A DNA stretch of 5,982 bases from a virus (lineage: Duplodnaviria; Heunggongvirae; Uroviricota; Caudoviricetes). The translations under genes and the position numbers were made by a program. The DNA is taken from positions 1 to 5,982 of IMG/VR virus record IMGVR_UViG_2606217106_000001; one strand, 5' to 3'. Below, in pieces: positions 5,882 to 5,982 of this stretch. The notes beneath the pieces were generated by a model. It worked only from the letters and a program-made list of their open reading frames with translations, made no database searches and was not told where the DNA came from. Positions within the stretch are counted from its first letter, which is position 1. Each line of letters starts with the position of its first letter.

Positions 5882-5982
5882 GAAATTAATTACCAGGCAC
5901 TGCGTGAGGTGGCGGAACGTGCAATTCCAGCAATGGAACGCCTGTTAATGTTGCCAGTTGATGATGATTTGTTAAGTGAACA
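5876..5982 (+). CDS. Paralogue of the preceding gene, first 35 codons only; runs off the window end
   Basis: GTG at 5876 behind the same AAGGAGG and GTGA stop-start overlap. The N-terminus VSEINYQALREVAER parallels VSKIDYQELREAAEQ of the upstream gene. Open to the window end, so not in the ORF track. Confidence 0.55.
   Translation, partial: MSEINYQALREVAERAIPAMERLLMLPVDDDLLSE

Noticed and set aside
1-5982. CRISPR array, tRNA/rRNA, insertion sequence, integrase or attachment site
   Set aside because: No regularly spaced short repeats, no tRNA-like T-arm or acceptor signature, no transposase-like ORF or terminal inverted repeats, and no integrase. The window looks like the interior of a prophage, not its boundary.

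Overview
This window reads as the immunity and early-left region of an enterobacterial lambdoid prophage, probably a more intact relative of E. coli K-12 CPS-53/KplE1 (recognised from memory, no search run). On the minus strand lie a Cro-like HTH regulator (1172..1432), a 183-aa early protein (628..1179) and a further gene that runs off the window start (1..631, absent from the ORF track). On the plus strand a cI-like repressor (1530..2222; HTH plus LexA-type S24 autopeptidase) is followed by a terminator, a ~680-bp ORF-poor stretch with operator-like dyads and two perfect inverted repeats, then an accessory operon: YfdP-like, YfdQ-like, YfdR-like HD-domain hydrolase, YfdS-like, and two tentatively Ead/Ea22-like paralogues (the last truncated at 5982). 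The same 15-bp dyad TTGC-N7-GCAA occurs on both sides of cI, suggesting OR and OL. The best candidates for something undescribed are the structured non-coding stretch at 2268..2944 and the yfdPQRS-like block; neither can be resolved from sequence alone. No rRNA, tRNA, CRISPR array or IS element is visible. All functional calls rest on motifs, synteny and recalled family knowledge.
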